A program made the translations under genes and the position numbers. From IMG/VR virus record IMGVR_UViG_3300036766_000194, positions 124,001-188,000 of that record: a stretch of DNA of 64,000 nt; one strand, 5' to 3'. The notes below the pieces were generated by a model. It was not told where the DNA came from. It was given only the letters and a program-made list of their open reading frames with translations, and made no database searches. Position 1 is the first letter of the stretch, and every line of letters starts with the position of its first letter. This document shows, piece after piece, positions 48,201 to 56,775 of this stretch.

Positions 48201-48802
48201 AGGACTTGAACATCTTCAAAATAAGGATAACCGCGTAGCTTCGCGCCAATACAAAGACGCATTATCTCACGGTCAAACTTAGCATTATAAAAAACCAAGT
48301 GACAAACATCAAACAGGGGTTGGAGAGCTTCCAGTACGTCCGCACGACTAACATTTTGAGAAGGATTTCCTTCTTTATCGGCATGCTCATGGGCGATAGG
48401 AATATAGACTCCTTCAATACCATTAGACGATAAACAGATACCAGCAATATCAATCATCACTTCGTAAAGGGGTTGACCGTCAACACCCATCTTGTAAAAA
48501 CTACGGGTATCAAGTCCTAGGGTTTCTGTGTCTAACGCCACCACGGGCATAAGCATTCCGTTTATGGTAAAATGCCGTGTGGTATCGGATATAACTTCTT
48601 GAACCCAATCAAGAAGAGTTTCTTTCGTATTGATGATACGGAAGGCTTTCTCTGCCATCCAAGGCTTTTTTAATTTTTGTATCTCTAGAGTTTTTAAATG
48701 AAAACGAAATACACTTCGGATGTCTTTAGGAGCCTTAATTTTAACAGGTTTTTTGACAACCAGGTCTTCTGGGTTTACATTCTCACGTTTTATCTTAGCC
48801 AT
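45203..48802 (-). CDS. family A DNA polymerase with 3'-5' exonuclease
   Basis: DTET, YNAKFD, YAASD; motif A DYSNIEMR, motif B RSLAKIINFALLYG, motif C VHDEI. Confidence 0.95.
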   Translation of the reverse strand: MAKIKRENVNPEDLVVKKPVKIKAPKDIRSVFRFHLKTLEIQKLKKPWMAEKAFRIINTKETLLDWVQEVISDTTRHFTINGMLMPVVALDTETLGLDTRSFYKMGVDGQPLYEVMIDIAGICLSSNGIEGVYIPIAHEHADKEGNPSQNVSRADVLEALQPLFDVCHLVFYNAKFDREIMRLCIGAKLRGYPYFEDVQVLHYIVDPKADVADKKRGQYSGDTGGLKALSKKLLGMEMIDLDELIKIKADWCPTLQSGDCKCTSEERKINKHTQRVQYVPFTWLPLEVTLWYAASDAICTWLLWKHLRERAAQQKFVHRIDQELVDSLSWIERQRFLIDIQKRNRTVNWHETIIKKIENQLRDISVKNGWKVEKDEDNNPIEDTIFNPGSPAQVGKLLFNTLGLKVTKKTAGGGNSVDAEALSDLQKLYPDNEFLNLYGKYKEYVALHPENLTYDKRDNSARIFLKQTTVAGGRLSGAGGDFIVDGGFGLNPQGIVRVEGNWWVKGNVLEPDSIPEEEIEEHAEADLHPSCFKEIEEDITETVTRTYETDEGSIFNSREEKVVTGKRKIRKVAPNIIKNHIGFYQGYAICLVPSCKTCDRKFNTIWKNGRADAAEVVNIRALFSTEPGWTFFTIDYSNIEMRAAANVSGEPEFIKEFLEGAGDFHSLTASKVFPEFNDPNTPKAIKKALRSLAKIINFALLYGGTEYTIYENMKKQNPDITWEEAKLMVEKYWAGVPVFAEWCTMKQAIAKDKMICKTSTGRIINFKSAMEVLHIHEPLKIELENYWEWRKSCKKEEALKNSESPEDKAEYERLKEHNNRVWRNVDTGVRNVQDYNRFQGKIGRVAVNVPLQGLAGDYMRLSLNRIRIWACDQEPEVQSILRVHCSVHDEIDFAVKNEYVPFVLPRISRLMKLRKLHERMNWVVPIECDVEYGRNWDVEHHVTGDDGHKPAAWTAIEGMERYIPSEFTQDTVKSLIKAIESGVEERREKAKNWLKESLHERAFLSIKEVFDAKDHKSLVNSLVAVLQLHEFWTIDNVPDDDKLGTLEDYETRNGLSPKDRGIMPPSGYLGPIPPSRAVYPNIMRLGKEEIIQGELFAPPSTVTPVEDVLLDNPIRRPKKISVSTPILPIPKIDTGLPELIDLTPDIVVKLTAAVGFGKGTNIIKVRYKDKIMTLEKTVVTEIPNEFLKSKISLIEAMHG

Positions 48803-49406
48803 GGAATCCCTTGCGTATGGCGAGCTTACTAACCACTTCTTTCCCTAATACTGACGCAAGAGGGATCGCAGCTTTGTCGTGTTCGGACTCAAAATATAAA
48901 CGAAGATATTCCATAGCAAGTTCGGGGTCTTTTGTTGTAATAATATCCTGAGTGGCTTTTTGTAAGAAGGGTTCACGAAGATCTTCAAAGGAAAGAGAAA
49001 CAGTGTCATCTTCTTTTTCAGATAAGACGTCTTCTATAGGTGGGAGTTCAAATTTATGTTCCAGCCAAATGAGAGCCTTGACGCGTGAAAAATTGAAGAG
49101 TTTGGAAGTAAAACGGACGGCGTCGTAATATTGTTGACGCGGTGGACAACCGAAACACCAGCAATCATTTGTACGGCGATAAACATAGAAAGACGGACGG
49201 CTATCCCGACCGTGAAAAGGACAACTGATAGCTTGAGTGTTCTTTTTGGTAAGTTCAAAAACGACATCCTCTATACGAATATCATTACGCACACGTTCCC
49301 AACGAATAGGATTTACCCCCGCTGCTTCTCCACTGTAATAGAGCTTGGCATAAGCGGAACGGGAGAACTCTATATCCTCCGGGTCGGGATAGAGCATGTC
49401 ATCCAT
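48795..49406 (-). CDS. primase CHC2 zinc-binding domain protein (stand-alone)
   Basis: CPFHGRDSRPSF...CFGC...D. Confidence 0.85.
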   Translation of the reverse strand: MDDMLYPDPEDIEFSRSAYAKLYYSGEAAGVNPIRWERVRNDIRIEDVVFELTKKNTQAISCPFHGRDSRPSFYVYRRTNDCWCFGCPPRQQYYDAVRFTSKLFNFSRVKALIWLEHKFELPPIEDVLSEKEDDTVSLSFEDLREPFLQKATQDIITTKDPELAMEYLRLYFESEHDKAAIPLASVLGKEVVSKLAIRKGFHG

Positions 49407-49423
49407 TCTGACCTCTCTTTCTT

Positions 49424-50734
49424 CTAGAAATACTCATTTTGAGACGTGTTTCCGGTGAATGACTTCTCTACCTTTTCCCTCGTCTTATAGGGTTTACGTT
49501 GCTTCTGTATAGGTCCGCCATCTATGAAAGACTCTCTCAACTGAATAAGACGTTTCTTATTACGGGTAAAAGTGGCTTCATCCACACCCAGCATTTCTTT
49601 AGCTTCCCGGATGGTTCCGGTTTCACTGATAGCGTTCAGAGTACTGATGAGTTCTGGTTGATTCTCCCACACATAGTCATAGAAACGCTTTACCAGTAGA
49701 TGTTTTTCCATGTTTGTGCACTGGTCTTCACTCTTCTTTTCCAATACTCGGGAGTGGGAATGAATGTACTCATCATCAGCAATATACACATCCTCGTCTG
49801 AAGAGTTACCCATACCAAAGATAACATTGTCCTTACGATAAACAGGGTTCTTATTCTGTTTACCAATAATGGTGACAGAACGATTGTATAAACAAATGTT
49901 AAGATAATTACGAAATCTCCGTTCACTAGCCCCATACTGACGATAGGGATCAAAACACTGAATTACATCCGTACAACCATCTGGATGATGACTACTAGGC
50001 TTACGTGCCTTAGAATTTTCTGGAAGATAGTGTAGGTATAGAAGAAGTTCCTGTTCCCAGTCACGAACAGCTTCGTTGTCTTCAGGCAATTTCAGCCACT
50101 TGGATGTCCAACGACGAATATACCGGGGTTCTTTTGCATAAAATTCAGCAAAATTCTTAGGAACAAGGTATCCGTCATCATAGGAAAAATAGCGACCTTT
50201 AGTGGTGACGTTGAACCTATCTCCAGTGTAAGGATTGACTTCAATATATCTGGTTATGGTTTCGTCAAAGGAATAAACCCCATCTACAACTTCTCCTGTC
50301 AAAGCTCCTACAATGGGAAAATCCCAATCCAAGGGTCTACCTTCTAGGGTTACAACACCCGGACGCCAAAGATATACCGTTGCTCCCTTATAAACCAAGT
50401 GAGCATGACGGCTGTTCTTTCTGGAAACAATTTCTTCCTTTATAAGGACAACATACTTGGGTACATTACGACCTGCCCAGTCTTTTTGGTTATTGACGAC
50501 GGGGATGCGATTTCCAGCGTTCCAAGAGTTTCTAGAAATCTTCTTTCCCGGATATACGTCTTGTTCCAGGACATATTCTTCCTCCTTATCAGTAGGAATA
50601 TAAGCCAACACAACTTGTCCTACTTCCTCTACTTGTCCTCCAAGAGAGATACGCAAGTTATGTTTGTTGGGCTTGAGTTTATAAACTTCTTTTGATCCAG
50701 GAAAGATAACGCAACCAGCACTCGGTGAAAGCAT
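49424..50734 (-). CDS. sigma-factor-like protein with an N-terminal extension
   Basis: DWEQELLL...FDP...F..YL....N (region 2-like); C-terminal HTH TIREAKEMLGVDEATF..NKKR (region 4-like). Confidence 0.55.
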   Translation of the reverse strand: MLSPSAGCVIFPGSKEVYKLKPNKHNLRISLGGQVEEVGQVVLAYIPTDKEEEYVLEQDVYPGKKISRNSWNAGNRIPVVNNQKDWAGRNVPKYVVLIKEEIVSRKNSRHAHLVYKGATVYLWRPGVVTLEGRPLDWDFPIVGALTGEVVDGVYSFDETITRYIEVNPYTGDRFNVTTKGRYFSYDDGYLVPKNFAEFYAKEPRYIRRWTSKWLKLPEDNEAVRDWEQELLLYLHYLPENSKARKPSSHHPDGCTDVIQCFDPYRQYGASERRFRNYLNICLYNRSVTIIGKQNKNPVYRKDNVIFGMGNSSDEDVYIADDEYIHSHSRVLEKKSEDQCTNMEKHLLVKRFYDYVWENQPELISTLNAISETGTIREAKEMLGVDEATFTRNKKRLIQLRESFIDGGPIQKQRKPYKTREKVEKSFTGNTSQNEYF

Positions 50735-50888
50735 ACGCCCCCATAAACCATCATAGTGACTGCTGCTGTATACGCCTAATACGGCATAACAACAAAATGC
50801 TTTAATTGTGACAGGAATAAGGAACTAAAGTACCTGTCAAGTCAAAACAGTACTCTACGCCTATTTTTTGAAGAAAGCTAGTAAAATT

Positions 50889-51314
50889 TTAAGAAGTAAT
50901 ATTTTTGTTTAGATCTACTACAGCTTTGAGGTAACCATTGGTTTCAGCAATCTCAGTTCTCAACTGACAGAGAAGTTCTCCTAGGAGTTCTCTCTGATCC
51001 GTTTTAATACTTCCTAGGAGTTCTCTCTGATCCGTTTTAATACTTCCTAGGAGTTCTCTTTGATCATCCCGCATAGTTTCTAAAATGGTAGTGTGTTTTA
51101 CTACTTCAGCTTGAATGGTTTGTAGGTGATTTTCTGCTTGGATATGAATGATGTTTTCTATGGTATCCAGCTTTCCTATCGCACCATCCCAGTCCCGTTT
51201 AAAGCTCTTAATCACATACCCTCCTGCTCCCACAAGGATGGCTAGGAGTGCACTTGCTACATAATAGATACTTTGTTGAGGTATCCAAGAAAGGTCGCTG
51301 CTCATGCTCATCAA
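50889..51314 (-). CDS. TM plus coiled-coil protein (holin-like position)
   Basis: single N-terminal TM segment; repeat DQRELLGSIKT. Confidence 0.55.
   Translation of the reverse strand: MMSMSSDLSWIPQQSIYYVASALLAILVGAGGYVIKSFKRDWDGAIGKLDTIENIIHIQAENHLQTIQAEVVKHTTILETMRDDQRELLGSIKTDQRELLGSIKTDQRELLGELLCQLRTEIAETNGYLKAVVDLNKNITS
50979..51065. repeat. 33-bp tandem repeat, about 2.6 copies
   Basis: TCCTAGGAGTTCTCTCTGATCCGTTTTAATACT. Confidence 0.9.
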
Positions 51315-51425
51315 TTAGCCCCATATGAATTAAGTTTCTAGTACATCATTATAAAAACTTCACCTATTAAGTACACCAGATAAATTCTTTATTTCAACTA
51401 TGTCAAAATACCAGAAACTAATCTA

Positions 51426-54422
51426 TTAGCGACCCCGACGATGGAAAGGATTCCGTGTCACCGAAACTCCCGGAAGTACTACATTCTGTTGTATCTTACG
51501 CTGACGTTCAAGTAATTTAATACCCCGCATTGGTATTCCAGAGACATCCGTTATCATACCCGGTGGATGAGCTTGACGTTCTTGCATAGCAAAACTTAAT
51601 CCTGTGGGGTCCATCACCAAACGACCTTCTCCCTGGAGATACTCACTCACCTGCCAAGCCACAAGTGCTACGGCGTCACACATATCGTCATGAGAACCCT
51701 TTTCTTCAGGAGCTTTTACACGAAGCATATACTTACTAGCCACAGTTGCTTCTACTTGTTTAATTTCACTCAAGAATTTAGGGACATTCGGAAATCTTGT
51801 TCGTCCATTATCAATGTATCCTTTAAGAGAAAAGTACATTGTAGAATTTATAGCTGGAGTTAAATGCACAAGCTCCATACCTTCTATCCCGTTAATCTGT
51901 AGCAACTGAACCAACATAGTTCCACCGTGTTGGTCCGTTACTCCTTTAAAGCAGGGCATTATATTGTGCATGGCTTTAAGCCAGGAAACAATGTCTAAGA
52001 GAGGAAGTTCGGTATAGTTGACATACTTGTCCCCTCCTAAGCCTATGTCTTCTACACCTGGTCCCTCAAATTTCTCTCCTACCATCATCCTATCCACATA
52101 GTCATACACTAATTCTATGCCAACATTGTTTCTAAATTCAAGATGACCTATGGCAAGAGCAGTACCATCATGTAGCATACCCAAGTCCAGTCCCCAGAAA
52201 TACTGACGTCCTAGCATTTGGATAGGATCAAACTGAATGGTATTCATACGCTCTTCATCTACGCATACATTAAGTTGTGCACTCTTAACATAAGTTTCAG
52301 AAGAATCTAGGAACTCTCCTCCATATTCCGCCCGCCAAGTGATAGAAGATGTAGCATATTTCTGATGAAGAAATGGAGAGTCAGCATCGGGCCACATTTC
52401 AGCTGTAGAGCAACGTAGTGTAAAGATGCCCGATGAAATTCCTCTCTCCAAAGCGAGCTTGTGTAGCTCATACATCTTACCTACACGTTGCCAGGGAGAA
52501 GAGATAGACAAGATAAGAGACTCTCTACGTCCCTTACCAGCATCGGCCTTAAAACGGGCCGTAGCCGGGGTTGCCGACTCATATATTTCGTCAGAACTTG
52601 AACCCTTAGCCGCTCGAAAATGAGCAAATTCATCCAAAGCCAAGAATAGTGAAGAAGGTCCGCGAAGTGCGTTAGTCGTACAGGGATAGGAAGCTACTCT
52701 AATTGTAGGAGTAATATCACGTTTCTGGCGGTCTGCTTCGCTTACAAAAGCCATTTCGCTATTTGAATTGACTCGGATGTAGGGAGAAAAGAATGGTGAA
52801 TGATTTACACGTTCACGGAGTTTATCATAGAGACGGTTGCTACCTTCATCGTCTTGAGCCATGAATGTGAAGTCAATAGGTGAACCCGGCATTAAACCAT
52901 AATGTTCTTGAGGAGAACGAATATTGAGTAGACGATAGAGAGCATATCCTCCAATGGCCGATACCAATTCCGAATTGTGGGTGACGTTGAAGTTCTTCCC
53001 AAACAAAAACAGACCGTCAGGAGTGTCTACCGCGATACAGCGGACTAGCGTCTCGCCAGCGTACTCCACCTCTGTAATCGTACGATAATTCTGCAAATCA
53101 CGCACTTTTTTTGGCACACTCGCCAATTTTCGTTTAAGACGAAAAACAGGTAAAGTAGCCGTCCATAAAACAGAGTAGTAGGCACCACAGTCTTTACCAT
53201 ATAAAGTAGCTCGGCCCTCTTTCCAGTAGGGTTTTAACCCAAGCGAAGCGGCTAGGTGGTACGCGCCCTCAGACAAGTTACGATTGGTGTTAGCAAATTC
53301 ACACTGCCCGTCTTCTGCACAGTATCCATCTGTATCCATCAACCCCTGTAGCAAGGCTAACCGCTGTTCAGTGGAAGCATATAGGTAGTCCTCAGGAATG
53401 TGCTTGTTTTTCCAAAGTTTCATTTTTCGCAACGGGAGGCCGAATATGCTCCAGGAAAAGTTCTTAGCGTGCTTTCCCTGCTTCCATTTGAAACCTGCTG
53501 CGGTGAAATGCTTTAGAATTTCTGGGGCATCATCGGGGTGGCTGTAGATGTAGCCATCACACTTGCTACCATCCCCTAGCCACACCCCCAAGCAATAAGG
53601 ATCCAGGGGTAACTGCTTTTCTTCAAACTCAACGGGAGCGGTGATTCGGATGGTGTGATTGCGATCTTTGCCATGCATCAATGTAGATTTAATTTCTTCC
53701 GTGGTCCTAACCGTCCCTGTAATACCGGAACGGTCTATGAAATTCGCCCGGCCCCGCTTCGCTCCCTTTCCACGTTGAGTTTTAGTGATAGGCATGCGGA
53801 GATTACGACGATCTAACATTGTAAAGGTCTTCCAAAGATGTTCAGGATGTGCTAAGGTGTAAGTTCCATCGTCAAAACTAACCCTATAAACCTTTGACCA
53901 AAACGGAGCAAAGGCTTCCTTTACCTTGATAGCTTTACCATTAGGAGAAAGTATTGTGTCACCCATTTCTAAATCACCCATCCGTTTGAAGCCAGAGGGC
54001 GTAGGGACTACTTCTTCAACACTGAGAGCTTTTCCACCACGGCGGCCTGCAAATAACGCCGCCTCATTAAACCCATATTCGGGGATATCCTGCCAATCGG
54101 CTATGTTACAACGACCCTCTTCGTAAAAGTAGTTTAATAACTGTGCTTCATCGTCAAATTCATATAGAATTTGATCACGAAACTTGTTCCAAACCACTGC
54201 TTTTGGGTGCCCAGGCATTTCCGGGCGATAGTCAAAAGGTATGCCAAAGAAACAGCGAATACATAAACGCTGTAAAGGTGACATTACAAGATTAAATCCC
54301 TGGGGAGACTCCACAAAGTCTAGGGCATTTAATATGCTAACTGTCTCGCCAATAGATTGATCGACAAGTTTACCTAATAGAGAAGCCTGAGATTTATGGC
54401 TAAATTTTTGGCTTTGTGACAT
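51426..54422 (-). CDS. terL: terminase large subunit containing an intein
   Basis: Walker A GRRGGK/S, Walker B ALDEFAH, nuclease GLDLG...D and HDDMCDA. Confidence 0.93.
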   Translation of the reverse strand: MSQSQKFSHKSQASLLGKLVDQSIGETVSILNALDFVESPQGFNLVMSPLQRLCIRCFFGIPFDYRPEMPGHPKAVVWNKFRDQILYEFDDEAQLLNYFYEEGRCNIADWQDIPEYGFNEAALFAGRRGGKALSVEEVVPTPSGFKRMGDLEMGDTILSPNGKAIKVKEAFAPFWSKVYRVSFDDGTYTLAHPEHLWKTFTMLDRRNLRMPITKTQRGKGAKRGRANFIDRSGITGTVRTTEEIKSTLMHGKDRNHTIRITAPVEFEEKQLPLDPYCLGVWLGDGSKCDGYIYSHPDDAPEILKHFTAAGFKWKQGKHAKNFSWSIFGLPLRKMKLWKNKHIPEDYLYASTEQRLALLQGLMDTDGYCAEDGQCEFANTNRNLSEGAYHLAASLGLKPYWKEGRATLYGKDCGAYYSVLWTATLPVFRLKRKLASVPKKVRDLQNYRTITEVEYAGETLVRCIAVDTPDGLFLFGKNFNVTHNSELVSAIGGYALYRLLNIRSPQEHYGLMPGSPIDFTFMAQDDEGSNRLYDKLRERVNHSPFFSPYIRVNSNSEMAFVSEADRQKRDITPTIRVASYPCTTNALRGPSSLFLALDEFAHFRAAKGSSSDEIYESATPATARFKADAGKGRRESLILSISSPWQRVGKMYELHKLALERGISSGIFTLRCSTAEMWPDADSPFLHQKYATSSITWRAEYGGEFLDSSETYVKSAQLNVCVDEERMNTIQFDPIQMLGRQYFWGLDLGMLHDGTALAIGHLEFRNNVGIELVYDYVDRMMVGEKFEGPGVEDIGLGGDKYVNYTELPLLDIVSWLKAMHNIMPCFKGVTDQHGGTMLVQLLQINGIEGMELVHLTPAINSTMYFSLKGYIDNGRTRFPNVPKFLSEIKQVEATVASKYMLRVKAPEEKGSHDDMCDAVALVAWQVSEYLQGEGRLVMDPTGLSFAMQERQAHPPGMITDVSGIPMRGIKLLERQRKIQQNVVLPGVSVTRNPFHRRGR
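52974..54029 (-). mobile_element. class-3 intein (352 aa) with LAGLIDADG endonuclease
   Basis: starts ALS, block B HPEHLW, LGVWLGDG and LQGLMDTDG, block F VRCIAV, ends VTHN/S. Confidence 0.92.
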
Positions 54423-54461
54423 GATCCCTCATATAGGGGGAGGAAAGTGAGGGAATTAGCG

Positions 54462-54734
54462 TTAATCTACCACTTCAAAGTCGTTATTCTCACGCTTGCG
54501 ACCAAAAGGATCCAAATATCCAGCCAAGTACATGATAACCTTCTGGTCGGACTTCAACGTTACCAACCAAACACCCTGAACTGATGGATCTGGTCGTGCC
54601 ATAGCATCCCTTACATCAAGGGTAGATTCATGCTTTAGCATTCTAATCGCGCCATCAGCAGAGTCAGGATATTTGCGGCTCAGTCTTGGTCCAAAATGAG
54701 CTACCTTAACACTGATTTCTTTTAGACCTGGCAT
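54462..54734 (-). CDS. hypothetical protein
   Basis: operon-like packing. Confidence 0.5.
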   Translation of the reverse strand: MPGLKEISVKVAHFGPRLSRKYPDSADGAIRMLKHESTLDVRDAMARPDPSVQGVWLVTLKSDQKVIMYLAGYLDPFGRKRENNDFEVVD

Positions 54735-56623
54735 GAAGGGATGATCTTGTATCTCGGAAGAATGCGGGGACGACGTTTACCCGCCGCGCCAACAGGAATA
54801 CCTGGCATATTCACAGTTGTAAAGGTTTGATCAATAGATTTTTGTTTCTTTAAATTATCTGGATCAGTTCGCTTCTTCAATTTCACTAATCTATCTTTTG
54901 GTGTGGGTCTTACACTGTGAGGATCTCGAACAGCGTCAAAGAAATCCACCGCTCCATCGGGGAAAGGATCATTACCTATAGAACCAGCTGTTAAGAATTT
55001 AGATTGAAAATGTTTCTTGTGTTTTTTCTTGTCCACACCCCAAATTCCCTTCACTAAATCAGCAAACATAACGTCCTGATGAACGCCCATCATTTTAGAA
55101 ACATTCTTCGCCCAATTAGGGTCTCCATTGCTGTAGATTAATCCCGCATCTCGCAAGCTAATGCCAGGCTCAAAATTTGGATTAATACCTTCAGAAATTC
55201 GATGAAGTTGTTTTCTTAGAGCTTCTTCACCTTCCTCATCGGTTTCAAATTTCTTAATTTTTCCTGTGTTGAAGTCCACAATGTTACCAGGATTATGTAA
55301 CTCTGGTTTAGCACCTTCAGCACGGGCAATAGCAGCCACAAGTCTATCTAGTGATTCATTCGTAGGCACGGCGTCTTGTTTCTTAACAATAAGCGCGGAA
55401 GTAGGTTTTGGTGGGGGAGTAGGTGCGCTAGAGGGTGCCCCTAATCCTAACATGAGGGCAGCAGGAAGCAAGGCTTTATTTAGTGGGCCTGCTTCTTTGT
55501 CAAAAGAAGCCAAAATAACTTTGTCAAGAGAATCGGGAGCAAATATCTCTTTTATACGAGCAGATATTTCTTTTGAAGACAATTTGGTGGTGTTAGATTT
55601 ATTAAGAATATCCCAAAGCTGTTCATACCAATTCTTATTGATTTTGCCAGATAAAAATTCTCTTGGAAGTCTATTATTCTCAGTCAAGATTTCTACGTCT
55701 GTTCTGTCTTGATTTCTTTTAGAAGATCCAACAGATTGAGACGCCACATAAGATCCTAATTTCAAATCAATAAGAGTTTCTAAATCACAGAATTTTGGAC
55801 TAATCACCACTTCCGTAGGAATAGGAGTAGGAACGCGAGATGAATTCATTTTCTCTCCCGCTTGTATCAGATCTACATCTTTACCAATGTCAGGTAAGAT
55901 AACAGTCAGAGGAGCTTTACCACGTATAAAACCTTCTTTTAAAAGAATTTCTTCTGCTTTTTTAGGATTAGGAACAACTAGGTCCACATCGTTAGTATAG
56001 CGTGGATATCCTAATTCCTGAACAGCAGCCCCCCCAATCACTAAAGTTGGTATGCCATTCTTTCCTAAGATTTCTACTGCTTTGTTTAAAGTTATAGAAA
56101 TTTCAGAACCTATGATGAGCATCGCCTCTTTGTGATTAAAATCGGTGGCGGTGACTTCTTTAAATCGTGCCAAAACATACTTCTTTTCTGAAGCATTTAA
56201 TTCTGACCACTTTTTCTTATCTAAGGGGAGTTTTCGATCTCCAGAAATTCTCAATAACCCGCGTCTCCCCCAAGAAACTCGTTTATCCCATTCGTAAGAA
56301 AACTGAGCAGCTTGATGACGTCTCAGAGCTTCATTTACTTTTTCATTACTGTTTTCATTAGGTACAGACTCACTTATGCTCCATGCTTCAGCGACCTTTT
56401 GACAAGCCACACAATAGTTAGCATGCTTAGGAGAAGGGATCTTATTCGCTAGTTCTAGCGCGTCTAAGTGATTCCAACCATGATCTAATAAATGGCGATA
56501 CATCTTATGACGAGCAAGAGGATGTTTAATTTCTTGAGGACAATCGGGACAAACAACTCCGCCTACTTGGTAATCACTTGAAGTTTTCTCTTGTGATTTT
56601 CTAAGTTCAAATAAGCGCGACAT
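54722..56623 (-). CDS. multi-module protein with a nucleotidyltransferase domain and a lysozyme-like NPGN domain
   Basis: IGGAAV...G.PR.T.DVD (MNT/AbiEii-like); AIARAEG...HNPGNI. Confidence 0.7.
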   Translation of the reverse strand: MSRLFELRKSQEKTSSDYQVGGVVCPDCPQEIKHPLARHKMYRHLLDHGWNHLDALELANKIPSPKHANYCVACQKVAEAWSISESVPNENSNEKVNEALRRHQAAQFSYEWDKRVSWGRRGLLRISGDRKLPLDKKKWSELNASEKKYVLARFKEVTATDFNHKEAMLIIGSEISITLNKAVEILGKNGIPTLVIGGAAVQELGYPRYTNDVDLVVPNPKKAEEILLKEGFIRGKAPLTVILPDIGKDVDLIQAGEKMNSSRVPTPIPTEVVISPKFCDLETLIDLKLGSYVASQSVGSSKRNQDRTDVEILTENNRLPREFLSGKINKNWYEQLWDILNKSNTTKLSSKEISARIKEIFAPDSLDKVILASFDKEAGPLNKALLPAALMLGLGAPSSAPTPPPKPTSALIVKKQDAVPTNESLDRLVAAIARAEGAKPELHNPGNIVDFNTGKIKKFETDEEGEEALRKQLHRISEGINPNFEPGISLRDAGLIYSNGDPNWAKNVSKMMGVHQDVMFADLVKGIWGVDKKKHKKHFQSKFLTAGSIGNDPFPDGAVDFFDAVRDPHSVRPTPKDRLVKLKKRTDPDNLKKQKSIDQTFTTVNMPGIPVGAAGKRRPRILPRYKIIPSCQV

Positions 56624-56775
56624 TAAACTTCCTTTTTAAGCCTTTTGAATTGCTTCTTCAAAAACTTTACTAAGTCCCACCCTAAAGCATCTGCTGCTTT
56701 ATGTAAAACAGAAGCTAGTGTCATTCCACCAAAAATAAGCAAATAGTGTAAGAGTTTGTCGTCAAAATCCATACC

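Noticed and set aside
50979-51065. CRISPR array
   Set aside because: Spacer-less in-frame coding repeat; no repeat-spacer array was seen in the window
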